A model generated the notes under the pieces. That model was not told the DNA's origin. It searched no databases and saw nothing but the letters and a program-made list of their open reading frames with translations. Position numbers and translations under genes: made by a program. 64,000 nt of DNA. Origin: an uncultured Alphaproteobacteria bacterium (lineage in GTDB: Bacteria > Pseudomonadota > Alphaproteobacteria > Rs-D84 > CACZYB01). Location: NCBI GenBank assembly GCA_944390685.1, contig CALXQL010000006.1, forward strand, positions 24,108-88,107, in the 5' to 3' direction. Of the stretch, positions 1-8,706 are shown in pieces (the stretch's first letter is position 1; every line of letters begins with the position of its first letter).

Positions 1-786
1 TTTTGGAAAAAAAAAGGTTATGATTTTGGGAAAAGGGTATTAAATAAATTTGATAAAGAATTTTTCATAAAATGTGTTAAAAATTTACCAAATGGACAAT
101 TATGGTTACGTCAGGGATGGATTTCCGATTGTTCTTTTTCTCAAGAATCTTGGAAACTAATAGCTGAAATTAGTTCGTTACTAAATTCTTTTAAAATTAG
201 ATTACTTATAATAACAAAGATTCACTATACTCCTAAAAAATCTACTTTGGTAGAACTGGCTAAAAATAATGTTGAAATTAGAGTGTCTTTGTCTGCTCTT
301 GATACTGAAAAAGAATATAAAAACAGATTAAAATTTTTAAATATGTATAGAGATTTAGGAGGATTATCTATACCTTATATAATGTCATCTAAATATAAAA
401 ATGAAGAATTGAATAAAAATCAACTAGTTTTGGTTAATTATGTTATTGAAAATGATTTTATAGCAGGGGAACATCCTCTGCGGTTTGATAAAGGGAATGA
501 AATAATTAAAGATTTAGAAGAATGTGGATTTTCACATACTAAATTTCCAAATCAATATTGGTTTGGTAGACTTTTTTATAATATTCCAAACTTTATTTTG
601 CCACCACCTACCCATTTGAAAGAAAATTATTTCTTACCTACTTGTTATTTCTCACATTTAGATATGGAACATAAAATTGTTGGGTTAGATGGAAATTTAC
701 CAACATTTGAACAATTATCGAAAGATTCAACTCAAAAAACGGAAGGCTTAATGAAACATGCAGAATATGTTATACAAAAATATTAA
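1..786 (+). CDS. Hypothetical protein, 5'-truncated by the window edge. The reading frame is open from position 1, and the ORF track reports only from the first Met at 247.
   Basis: Frame 1 has no stop between position 1 and the TAA at 784-786. No recognised catalytic motifs. Faint resemblance to TIM-barrel beta strands of radical-SAM/photolyase-like proteins (IRVSLSALD), not supportable without an HMM search. Confidence 0.4.
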   Translation, partial: FWKKKGYDFGKRVLNKFDKEFFIKCVKNLPNGQLWLRQGWISDCSFSQESWKLIAEISSLLNSFKIRLLIITKIHYTPKKSTLVELAKNNVEIRVSLSALDTEKEYKNRLKFLNMYRDLGGLSIPYIMSSKYKNEELNKNQLVLVNYVIENDFIAGEHPLRFDKGNEIIKDLEECGFSHTKFPNQYWFGRLFYNIPNFILPPPTHLKENYFLPTCYFSHLDMEHKIVGLDGNLPTFEQLSKDSTQKTEGLMKHAEYVIQKY

Positions 787-1438
787 CAAGCAATTTTTTA
801 ACAGGATTAATGATGCTTTTAATGCATTAAAAAAAGATGGATATTATATTTTTAATGCAGGTAATTTATCAAAAGAAGACTTCTTAAATTTTTCTTATAG
901 CTTTGGAGAAGTGATTCCATCAGGTAGAGGAAAGGAAATGGTAGATGATATTTTTATAGGAGGTATCCAAAAACAAAGTTCATTACCTCTACATACAGAC
1001 AAAAGTTATTGGCGATTACCTCCTAGTTTTGAAATACTGTATGTTAATGATGTTTATAATATGAAGCATGGAGAAATAATCGTTGGAAATTTATTGGAAG
1101 CATTTAAACAACTGTCACCTGTGGAACAAAAAGAATTACTTGATTTTGAAGCGGTATACAAATCTCCTCAAAATAGAGATGAAGGAACAATAAAAGTAAA
1201 GTTAATTGGAAAAATAGATGATGATATATCTTTTTTTAGGTATAGATTGGATATTTTTGATTCATCAAGTCCTACAATAACTAAATGGAATAATATAATA
1301 AAGGATAACTTAATTTTTGTTCCTTATAGAAAAGGAGATGTTCTCATTCTTGATAATAAATTACACTGTGCAGGAAGAAATAATACTACATGGGGAGAAA
1401 ATGGTTCAAGACATTTATATAGAACATTAGTTATGTAA
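758..1438 (+). CDS. TauD/TfdA-family Fe(II)/2-oxoglutarate dioxygenase-like protein
   Basis: 226 aa. Has LPLHTDKSYW (an HxD iron-binding motif) and a distal His in LHCAGRNNTTW, typical of the TauD/gamma-butyrobetaine hydroxylase fold. Overlaps the upstream ORF by 29 nt in another frame. Confidence 0.5.
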   Translation: MQNMLYKNINKQFFNRINDAFNALKKDGYYIFNAGNLSKEDFLNFSYSFGEVIPSGRGKEMVDDIFIGGIQKQSSLPLHTDKSYWRLPPSFEILYVNDVYNMKHGEIIVGNLLEAFKQLSPVEQKELLDFEAVYKSPQNRDEGTIKVKLIGKIDDDISFFRYRLDIFDSSSPTITKWNNIIKDNLIFVPYRKGDVLILDNKLHCAGRNNTTWGENGSRHLYRTLVM

Positions 1439-1478
1439 AACTATAAAATTATGTAAAACATACAATATATTCTTTCAA

Positions 1479-2330
1479 TTAATGTGTGTTTTGAAATGTT
1501 TTTATAATTGTGTCTTTTGTTATATTGTTTGAATTAAATTTACGAAGTTCTTGTCCACACAAAACAATTGGAAGTTTATTTTTTCTAGCAAAATTATAAA
1601 ATGGTTGTTCGAAAGGGTATCTTTTTTTTTGAATATCTAGTAATACTCCATGAGGATATAATTCTTCTAGAATAATTCCAACAATAGAATATGTTTTGAT
1701 TTGTTTTTGACAAAAATCTTTATCCGCATGAAAATCTACTACTGTGTTTATTAAATTTGCATAATACTGAATTTCTTTATTCATATCAGCAATATTTACA
1801 AATGAAGCTAAGTGTTCATTAATATATTCAAAACAACCAGGTGCTAATTTTGAAAGTCGAATTGTTTCCATTCCAGACATTTCTTCTATATAATCTTTAT
1901 TTTTGTCCCATGCTACATCATATATGGAAAATGGAAATGTTTCATCATAATCAGGTAATATACTAATATATTTAAATTCAACATTTTCTGCTGAAAAAAA
2001 TTCTTTAAGTTGTTCATTTAAAAATTGTACTTTCTTATATTGTGTTTTTTCTCTAAGTACATTAACATTCGATGTTAATGCATTACTATGCAAAGAAAAA
2101 AAAATTAAATCATTTTTTGATAATCCTAATAATAACGAATTTATGAAAGAAAAGTATGTTCTTTTGGAAAGAAATCCGAGTTCTTGTATAAAGGAAACCA
2201 TTCTATATAAAAACTTTATAAATGCATCTGTTTGGAATTTTTGTAAGTTTGTTAAACCTATCGACTTAAATAAATCTGGATTATGATGTTCGATATCAAA
2301 AATTATCTTTCTAATATATTTTTCTTCCAT
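1479..2330 (-). CDS. Hypothetical protein (283 aa), no recognisable domain
   Basis: Long ORF with the lysine/asparagine/isoleucine-rich composition typical of genes in this window. No signal peptide and no family motif identified. Confidence 0.45.
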   Translation of the reverse strand: MEEKYIRKIIFDIEHHNPDLFKSIGLTNLQKFQTDAFIKFLYRMVSFIQELGFLSKRTYFSFINSLLLGLSKNDLIFFSLHSNALTSNVNVLREKTQYKKVQFLNEQLKEFFSAENVEFKYISILPDYDETFPFSIYDVAWDKNKDYIEEMSGMETIRLSKLAPGCFEYINEHLASFVNIADMNKEIQYYANLINTVVDFHADKDFCQKQIKTYSIVGIILEELYPHGVLLDIQKKRYPFEQPFYNFARKNKLPIVLCGQELRKFNSNNITKDTIIKTFQNTH

Positions 2331-2444
2331 TTATAAATACCTAAAATATACCTAACGGTATAATAGTAATCTATTATTGTATTTTGTCAATATTTACTTG
2401 CAACTAATTACAATTTCATATATAATAGTATATATAGTTAGATT

Positions 2445-3125
2445 ATGAGGTATGCTATGCTGTTATTTTTATTAGGAGGAACTAATATTTCAAAAGAAGA
2501 AAAGAATAATTTAAATCCTCCTTTTTCTTCATTGGAATTTGATGTGGAATTTTTGAAACTTGTAAAAAAAAATAAACCAAATATTCTTTTATTACCTACT
2601 GCCAGTGAAATATTAGATAGAGAACATATTTATGAGAAGCGATTTATTAAACAATTTAAGGAATATTTAAATTGTAATGTGGATTCTTTATATTTATCCA
2701 AAATTCGTTCTACAATTAAAATTCAAAAAAAGTTAGATTGGGCAGATTGTTTTTATATATCAGGTGGGGATCCAATTCAACTATTGAATATTTGGAATGA
2801 ATCTAATTTTATAAAATTATTTAAAAAGCAAATACAAACTAAGCCAGTATATGCGGTTAGTGCTGGAGCAATGATTTTTTTTAAATATGCATTGAATGGA
2901 AATAATGAAAAAGCAACTATTAAAAAAAATGGATTAAATTTTATTTCTGGATTATGTGTTCCTCATTTTAATAGACAAGAGTTGCTTCCTTTGAAAAAAA
3001 AATTACTATCAGATAATAAATACAAAATATACGGAATAAATGATGGTGAAATTCTTTTACTAAATGAAAAAGGCTCAATATATTATAGAGATAAAGAATG
3101 GCATATTTCCTCGTTAGAAGAATAG
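2445..3125 (+). CDS. Peptidase S51 family (dipeptidase E / cyanophycinase-like)
   Basis: 226 aa. Has LLLPTAS near the N-terminus, ISGGDP (the GG(N/D) motif of S51 peptidases) and AVSAGAMIF (nucleophile-Ser region). Confidence 0.55.
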   Translation: MRYAMLLFLLGGTNISKEEKNNLNPPFSSLEFDVEFLKLVKKNKPNILLLPTASEILDREHIYEKRFIKQFKEYLNCNVDSLYLSKIRSTIKIQKKLDWADCFYISGGDPIQLLNIWNESNFIKLFKKQIQTKPVYAVSAGAMIFFKYALNGNNEKATIKKNGLNFISGLCVPHFNRQELLPLKKKLLSDNKYKIYGINDGEILLLNEKGSIYYRDKEWHISSLEE

Positions 3126-3802
3126 ATATTTCTAAAAAAGGAAACAATTTTAGACTACTAGATATACTCGTAAACCTTAACATAAGACAGGCTCTATCTT
3201 ACAGAAACGATAAAAAAATTCCATAATTGTAAGTTTGAAATTTATAGTAGCAAAATTAGAAGATATTCGAGTAATTAAGGACTTCAAACAATGGCAAGAA
3301 ACCTATAAAAAGATTGAATATTTCAAGAAAAACTATACGTAAAATCACCAGATAAATATAGCCTATCAAAATATAAAAAATAAACTCACCTAACTTTGTA
3401 ACCCTATGGGAACGAAGTGAAAAATTAATTCTTTAAGATTTTCCAATAACCACTATTATCTGGACCAACTCGTTTAATAAAGCCATTTTGTTAGTTTGTT
3501 AAGATTATACTTTATTCCATCAGGAGAAATACCTATCTTATCATATAACTATTGTCTTGTAATTTTAGGATTTTTAGTTAATAAGTCTAAAATTTTCTGG
3601 GTAGTGTTTTGCTTTTTTGGGGTAGTAGATTTTAAAAATAATTTAATCTGCATTTCTTCATTATTAAGAAGATTTTTCTTACCCAAAAGAATTAAACTTA
3701 AAATATACTAGTGTTAAAAATAAAAATTAACATAAAATATTACTTGAGTTATATCAAAATAAAAACGTATAATAAAAAATTATAACTAAAAGGGTTTATA
3801 AA

Positions 3803-5574
3803 ATGAAGTTATCAAAAATAAGAATAAAGAATTTTCGTGGTCACATTGATACAACTGTAAATATATCAAATTTAAATGTTATAATAGGACCAAATGATAT
3901 TGGAAAATCATCAATAATAGATGCTTTTGATATATATTTTAATGATTATCCAATAGATATTTCAGATGTAAACGTATTTATACCAGAAAATACGCCCAAA
4001 ATTGTTGAAATTTCTTGTTCTTTTATTGTTGATAAAAATGAGGCAGTTACACTAGACGCTAGTGAAAATACAGCAACATCTTTAGCTTCAGAATACTTAT
4101 TAAATAAAGATGGATTTCTTGAAATCTGTAAAAAATATGATTTTAGTACAAATAAAATAAAAAAAAGTATTCAGATTATAACAAAACACCCATCTAATTT
4201 TACACCTGCATTAATATTACAAAAAATAAACGATTTAAAAAAATTAGCTTCTGATAATAATATTACCCCAACTAATAATAATATAAAAAAAGACATAAGA
4301 AAAGCGATTTTTGAACAATATCCTAACTTAAATTGGGATAATGAATTTACTATTGAAGTAGAAGCAAAGGAAAACGATATTACACAAATTTTTAATAAAT
4401 TCAAAGACGATTTTCCAACATATATGGTTTTTCGTGCAGATAGAACAAATACAGATAAAGATAAAGATAAAGAAGTTAGTGAAACCACAAATGCAATTAC
4501 AAAAAGTGTTGTATCAGAACTAGAAAACGAATTTAATAATATAAAAAATAAAATAACAGATCAAATAAATACTTTAGCACAAAAAACACTCGAAAAACTA
4601 AAATTATTCGATGAAAATATATCAAATAGTTTAAAATCAAATATACAAACAAAACAACTATCCTCTTTATTTTCATTTACATTTGATTGTGATAATGGAA
4701 TTTCATTTAATAAAAGAGGAAGTGGTGTAAAAAGATTAATGTTATTAAGTTTTTTTCTTGCTGATGCAGAACAAAAAAATACAAACAAAACATTATATAC
4801 GCAATAGAAGAACCTGAAACATCACAACATCCAGATTATCAAATAATGTTAATAAATTCTTTAAAAGATTTATCAGATAAAAATAACAGACAAATAATAA
4901 TCACTACACATACTCCAGAAATAGTAAAAATTGTAAAAAAAGAAAATCTAATCTTTTTAAATAAAGATAGATCAAATATACTAAAGATACAACAAAATGA
5001 AACTTTAGAAATCAAAAAAATTGTTGATAATTTAGGAATTCTACCATATGTATCTTATAAAGAGGTAATATTTGTAGAAGGAAAAACTGATATAAGTTTT
5101 CTTAAAAATTTAAATCAATTTCAAGACTGTAAGAATATAATTGATATAACGCAATTTTCAATTATAGAATTAAATGGTTGTGCTAATGTTGATACATGGA
5201 TAAAAAATGACTATTTAGAAAATTCAAATATTAAACGTTTATATTTTCGAGATAGGAATAATAATAAAATAGAAACGGAAAATCAAAAAAACAATGTTAT
5301 AATAACAAAAAAAAGAGAAATAGAAAATTATATACCATATAATTTAATTGAAAACTACTTCAATATTGCTTTCACAAAAACAGAAAAAGAAAATTGGAAT
5401 GATATAGATGTTACTAAACATATACGAGGTAAAATAAATAACAAATACAAAAATGAAGATATAAAAAGAATATTAGAATCTCGAGATATATGGAATAATT
5501 TAAAATTACCAGATGATAGTATGAATGAAATAAAAGAATGGTTTAATAAAATAAAAAACTATTTTGATGACTAA
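3803..5574 (+). pseudogene. OLD-family ATP-dependent endonuclease (ABC-type ATPase plus C-terminal Toprim; class-1 OLD or fused PARIS AriAB-like), interrupted by a +1/-1 frameshift in an A7 tract
   Basis: N-terminus MKLSKIRIKNFRGHIDTTVNISNLNVIIGPNDIGKSSIIDAF is the OLD/AAA_15 Walker A. The ABC signature-like KRGSGVKRLMLLSFFLA lies before the break. Part 1 runs 3803..4807 in frame 2 and ends TLYTQ*. A different frame (frame 1) is open from 4765 after an in-frame TGA (4762-4764) and reads IIYAIEEPETSQHPDYQIM...QIIITTHTPE (Walker B and H-loop) up to the ATG at 4846 where the ORF track starts the second ORF. The second part also carries VIFVEGKTDISFLKNL, a Toprim motif. The reading frames swap at acaaaaaaatacaaacaaaa (4771..4790). 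Confidence 0.7.
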
Positions 5575-5798
5575 TTAATAGAATTTATAACGTATTGATT
5601 TTAAGAACTTCCTTTATAAATAAGAAAATAAAAATGAATACAGAAGAAGTAACAAATAAACTTATTAATTATATTCAACAAGCAAGAACATATCCATAAA
5701 AAAACAAATGATAAATCTATATTAGTAGCCAGATCTTTATATAGTGTAATTATTAGTCTAGCAAATAATGTTATATTTTGTATAAAAAACAACGAAAT

Positions 5799-6053
5799 TT
5801 ATTCTGCAAATGCTATAAATTGTAAATGCTTTTTATTCCAATGCCTACCAAGAATATTGCACTCTATCTGCTTCATTATTCGTTTCAGATTGTCTATTGA
5901 TGTGTATAAATTACTACTTTTTATATTCTCATGAAACTGTATTGTTAGCATATAGTTCGGCTTATATGTATCATCTATCCATTTCTTTAGCTCTTCCTTT
6001 ATTCTCATATTATTATGATATTGCTTCCATCTAGTTACCATACTTTCTATCAT
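5799..6053 (-). CDS. Short ORF (84 aa), possible N-terminal remnant of an HUH rolling-circle replication/relaxase-type protein
   Basis: MLTIQFHE resembles Rep motif I (uTuTu). About 40 aa downstream, KKHLQFIAF resembles motif II (an HuQ variant). The ORF stops before any motif III tyrosine. Weak, motif-level only. Confidence 0.3.
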   Translation of the reverse strand: MIESMVTRWKQYHNNMRIKEELKKWIDDTYKPNYMLTIQFHENIKSSNLYTSIDNLKRIMKQIECNILGRHWNKKHLQFIAFAE

Positions 6054-6421
6054 TCATATTATCATTATGCTTAATTGTGACTAGAATTATAACAAACAAA
6101 AATTTAAGGTTTTGCGTTATAAAAGTTATGACAGACTTTCTCCAAACAGAAAGATTTACAGCCTATGTATACAAAAAGTCCTATTATAATTTTCTAGAAC
6201 CGAACAATCTTCTAAAACTAATAACTATTTAACAAAGTACTAAAAAAACGGTTTTACTTAAGTTAGTAACCATATGGTAACGAACTCTATTATAAAAAAA
6301 GGCCCCCATTTAACGAGAGCCTTTTTAGTAAGTTTATCACTAAAAAATTAACAATTTAATACATTACAATGAAAATTTTCTAAATACAAAATATCCTTAC
6401 ATGTAAAAGGGCTTTTTTTAT

Positions 6422-6551
6422 AATTAATGCTTCTCACAAAAATATGAGGTCTTAGCTCTGGATCCACAACTCAGGTCCCCTGTCCCTCCCTAGAGGTAGG
6501 GGCTAGGTTGTTATACCAGTATCCAGGGCTCCCATCATAAAAGCATTAATT
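6422..6551. repeat. GC-rich palindromic structured element of about 130 bp (candidate small RNA, att-site remnant or MITE/RPE-like element)
   Basis: Perfect 11-bp inverted repeats aattaatgctt (6422..6432) and aagcattaatt (6541..6551) flank a GC-rich core (6446..6536), in sharp contrast to the AT-rich surroundings. The inner stem gctctggat (6455..6463) pairs with atccagggc (6521..6529) allowing one G-U pair. Further internal hairpins include CCCUA/UAGGG. Confidence 0.45.
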
Positions 6552-6588
6552 AAGAAAAATTTTCACTGTACAAATTAATAAGACTAAA

Positions 6589-6777
6589 ATGAAAAGTAGT
6601 TTTACAATTTTAGGTGAATATATACAATCTAAATATCCAGATAAAACACTCACAGATTATGAAACAGATGTAATGGTAAATAATATAGTTCAGTTTTTTA
6701 CCATAGGTGCAAAAATGGCTTATAACTATAAGAAAAACGGCGAAAATCTACAAAAAACTGCGTACAAATCAAAATAA
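6589..6777 (+). CDS. Short ORF (62 aa) of unknown function inside the degraded island
   Basis: ORF only. It lies immediately upstream of the recombinase fragments and may be another fragment. Confidence 0.25.
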   Translation: MKSSFTILGEYIQSKYPDKTLTDYETDVMVNNIVQFFTIGAKMAYNYKKNGENLQKTAYKSK

Positions 6778-6809
6778 TCCCTGTATAATATTAATATAAA
6801 GAATATGAA

Positions 6810-7632
6810 ATGATTAAATTTATAAAACAACAAAGAGGTAAAATACTTATTGTTGCTAATACAATTGATCGTATTCAAAGAAGATTTAAAGAATACAGTT
6901 TGTTAGATGATCTTCGTCGTGATAATAAAATTGAAATGTATTTTATAAGAGAACGTTTAACTATTAACTCTAAATCAAACGGTTATGAAATTGGTACATG
7001 GACTCAGGGTATTATGTGAGTTCAACAATATGTTATGCAATCAAGTGATAACATAAAAAGAGCAAATAACGAAAGCCGTGATAAAGGTAGATGGTTGCAT
7101 AAAGCCCTATTTGATACATTAATTATAAAGATTAATCAACTCTTGCAATGGTTAAGATAGATTCAATAAAAGGTTCTCTTTTTGCTCAAATGTTAGAGCA
7201 ATTGCTAACTATGCAAATAAAATAGGTCTTACAACTGGCTCTGGTAGAAAAATAACTAAAAAGAATGCAAATTATATGATACATAATACTTTCTATTATG
7301 GAGTAATGAGAACTATTGATGTATACAGAGCTCATACATGTGGTAATTTAATTACTAAAGAATTGTTTGATAAAATTCAAGAAGTAGCTTCAGGAAAATG
7401 CAAACCTTCATTTACAAAAAGAGCTGATACATTTATTTTTAGTGGACTATTAAGATGTGCTATATGTGGTTGTGCTATAACACCTGAAAGACATACTAAA
7501 AATAATGGAAAAACTTATACATACTTAAGATGCTTTCATTATGATCATAATTGTAAGCAACTATTATTGAATAAAAATGTCGTTTTACAACAAATAAAAG
7601 AAAAAATTTTTGATAAAAAAGAGAGATTTTAA
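6810..7632 (+). pseudogene. Serine recombinase (resolvase-type catalytic domain, recombinase domain and zinc beta-ribbon) broken into at least three frames
   Basis: 6810..7019 encodes GKILIVANTIDRIQRR (the DRLxR motif of the resolvase catalytic domain) and KIEMYFIRERLTINSKSNGYEIG. 7021..7275 in other frames gives ...GLTTGSGRKITKKNANYMIHNTFYYGVM (recombinase domain). 7276..7632 gives FSGLLRCAICGCAITPERH...YTYLRCFHYDHNC, the zinc beta-ribbon of large serine recombinases. In-frame stops lie between the pieces, and no intact N-terminal Ser nucleophile region was found. Confidence 0.65.
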
Positions 7633-7729
7633 AAATCATAAATTCGAACTCTTTGCTTGATGGAAAAAAGATAGTATTTTCAATAGCTAAGCATTTGATT
7701 TGATAATAAAAAATGATGAAAGTGTAAGA

Positions 7730-7806
7730 TGGTGGGTGATGAGAGACTCGAACTCCCGACCCTCTCGGTGTAAACGAGATGCTCTAGCCAACTGAGCTAA
7801 TCACCC
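7730..7806 (-). tRNA. tRNA-Val (anticodon TAC)
   Basis: Minus-strand sequence GGGTGATTAGCTCAGTTGGCTAGAGCATCTCGTTTACACCGAGAGGGTCGGGAGTTCGAGTCTCTCATCACCCACCA. 7-bp acceptor stem, D loop AGCTCAGTTGG, anticodon loop TTTACAC, T loop GGTTCGAGTC, CCA encoded. Confidence 0.9.
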
Positions 7807-7905
7807 GAAAGATGTTATTATTATATAACTCTTTTTTCTTTTTTCAAGTCTTTTTTCTTGTTTTTTACATTTTTTATTTTATAGTCTTATTTAGAGGTAT
7901 TTATT

Positions 7906-8136
7906 ATGAATAATGATGAACTTATAAAAAAGGCTAAATTACTTGGTTTAACAGATCAAGAAATTCAACAATTCATTGAAAATCAAGAAATTGCAAAAAA
8001 GTATGGGATAGATGATGATTGTTATTCTATAAATGTAGAAATAGATGAATCTATATTAAATGAAAATAATCATCATCATTGCGATTGTGATGATGATTGT
8101 TGTGGTGAGTGTTGCTCTGAGTCTCATAATAACTAA
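7906..8136 (+). CDS. Small protein (76 aa) with a helical N-terminal half and an extremely Cys/His/Asp-rich C-terminus (putative metal-binding)
   Basis: An agagg RBS lies 7 nt upstream of the ATG. The C-terminal 25 aa are NNHHHCDCDDDCCGECCSESHNN (6 Cys, 4 His). The gene is convergent with dut, and its stop abuts the dut stop. Confidence 0.55.
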   Translation: MNNDELIKKAKLLGLTDQEIQQFIENQEIAKKYGIDDDCYSINVEIDESILNENNHHHCDCDDDCCGECCSESHNN

Positions 8137-8604
8137 TTAATTTGTTCCACTACTTCCAAAACCTGAAATTCTATTAGCTTTAGGAAGTTCTGTTTCATCT
8201 TTTACTATTTCCATATCAAGTTGATATACTGGTTCAATTACACATTGCCCTATTCTCATACCTCTTTCTATTACTATTGGCTCATTTGAAAGGTTGATTA
8301 CTATCATGTGAACCTCTCCTCTATATTCATTATCAATAGTTCCTACCCCATTTGGCATAGAAAGGCCTTGTTTTAAAGAAAGTCCACTTCGTGATCTTAT
8401 TTGATAACCAAAACCATCTTCCAATGCCAATTTAAAACCAAGTGGAATAAGGCATCTTTCTTTTGGTAATATAGTAATAGAAGGTTCTTTAATACATGCC
8501 CTTACATCAAAACCAGTATCAGAAGGATAAGCATATTTCATCGGTCCCCAATTTTTTAAATCATAATTTTCAAGATATAATATTTTCCCTTTTACTTTTT
8601 GCAT
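8137..8604 (-). CDS. dut: dUTP diphosphatase (dUTPase)
   Basis: 155 aa with the canonical motifs GFDVRA, RSRSGL, GTIDNEYRGE and GFGSSG. Confidence 0.9.
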   Translation of the reverse strand: MQKVKGKILYLENYDLKNWGPMKYAYPSDTGFDVRACIKEPSITILPKERCLIPLGFKLALEDGFGYQIRSRSGLSLKQGLSMPNGVGTIDNEYRGEVHMIVINLSNEPIVIERGMRIGQCVIEPVYQLDMEIVKDETELPKANRISGFGSSGTN

Positions 8605-8657
8605 TTAGATTTCCTTTCGTCTTAAGAAAGTTTAAAATATTTAATAAAAAAAGTAAA

Positions 8658-8690
8658 TTAAAAAAGCCACCATTTAAGGTGACTTTTGAT
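8658..8690 (-). terminator. Rho-independent terminator-like hairpin downstream of the 8707..9120 gene
   Basis: aaaaagccacc/ggtgactttt stem (8661..8687). On the minus-strand RNA a U-run follows the stem. Confidence 0.4.
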
Positions 8691-8706
8691 TTATTTTTTG
8701 AGTGAT

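Noticed and set aside
247-1438. Treating ORFs 247..786 and 758..1438 as one frameshifted gene
   Set aside because: The second ORF begins with its own Met and a typical TauD-like N-terminal region. No A/T homopolymer sits at the overlap, and a 29-nt overlap of separate genes is plausible. Left as two genes, with the single-gene option mentioned.
3496-3711. 71-aa ORF in the island's left part
   Set aside because: Hydrophobic and low complexity, with no RBS, in a region of otherwise no coding signal. Probably non-coding decayed DNA.
6422-6551. GC-rich element as SRP RNA (4.5S), RNase P RNA or tmRNA
   Set aside because: It lacks the conserved SRP domain IV GGAA-tetraloop motif (AGGUCCGGAAGGAAGCAGC). 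The short CCAGGGCUCCC resemblance to the RNase P P4 region is isolated, and the element is far too short for RNase P or tmRNA. It is kept as an unclassified structured element instead.
8137-8604. dut as a phage or island derepressor-type Dut
   Set aside because: At 155 aa with only the five canonical motifs and no extra motif-VI insertion, it looks like the chromosomal housekeeping trimeric dUTPase, despite lying next to the island.
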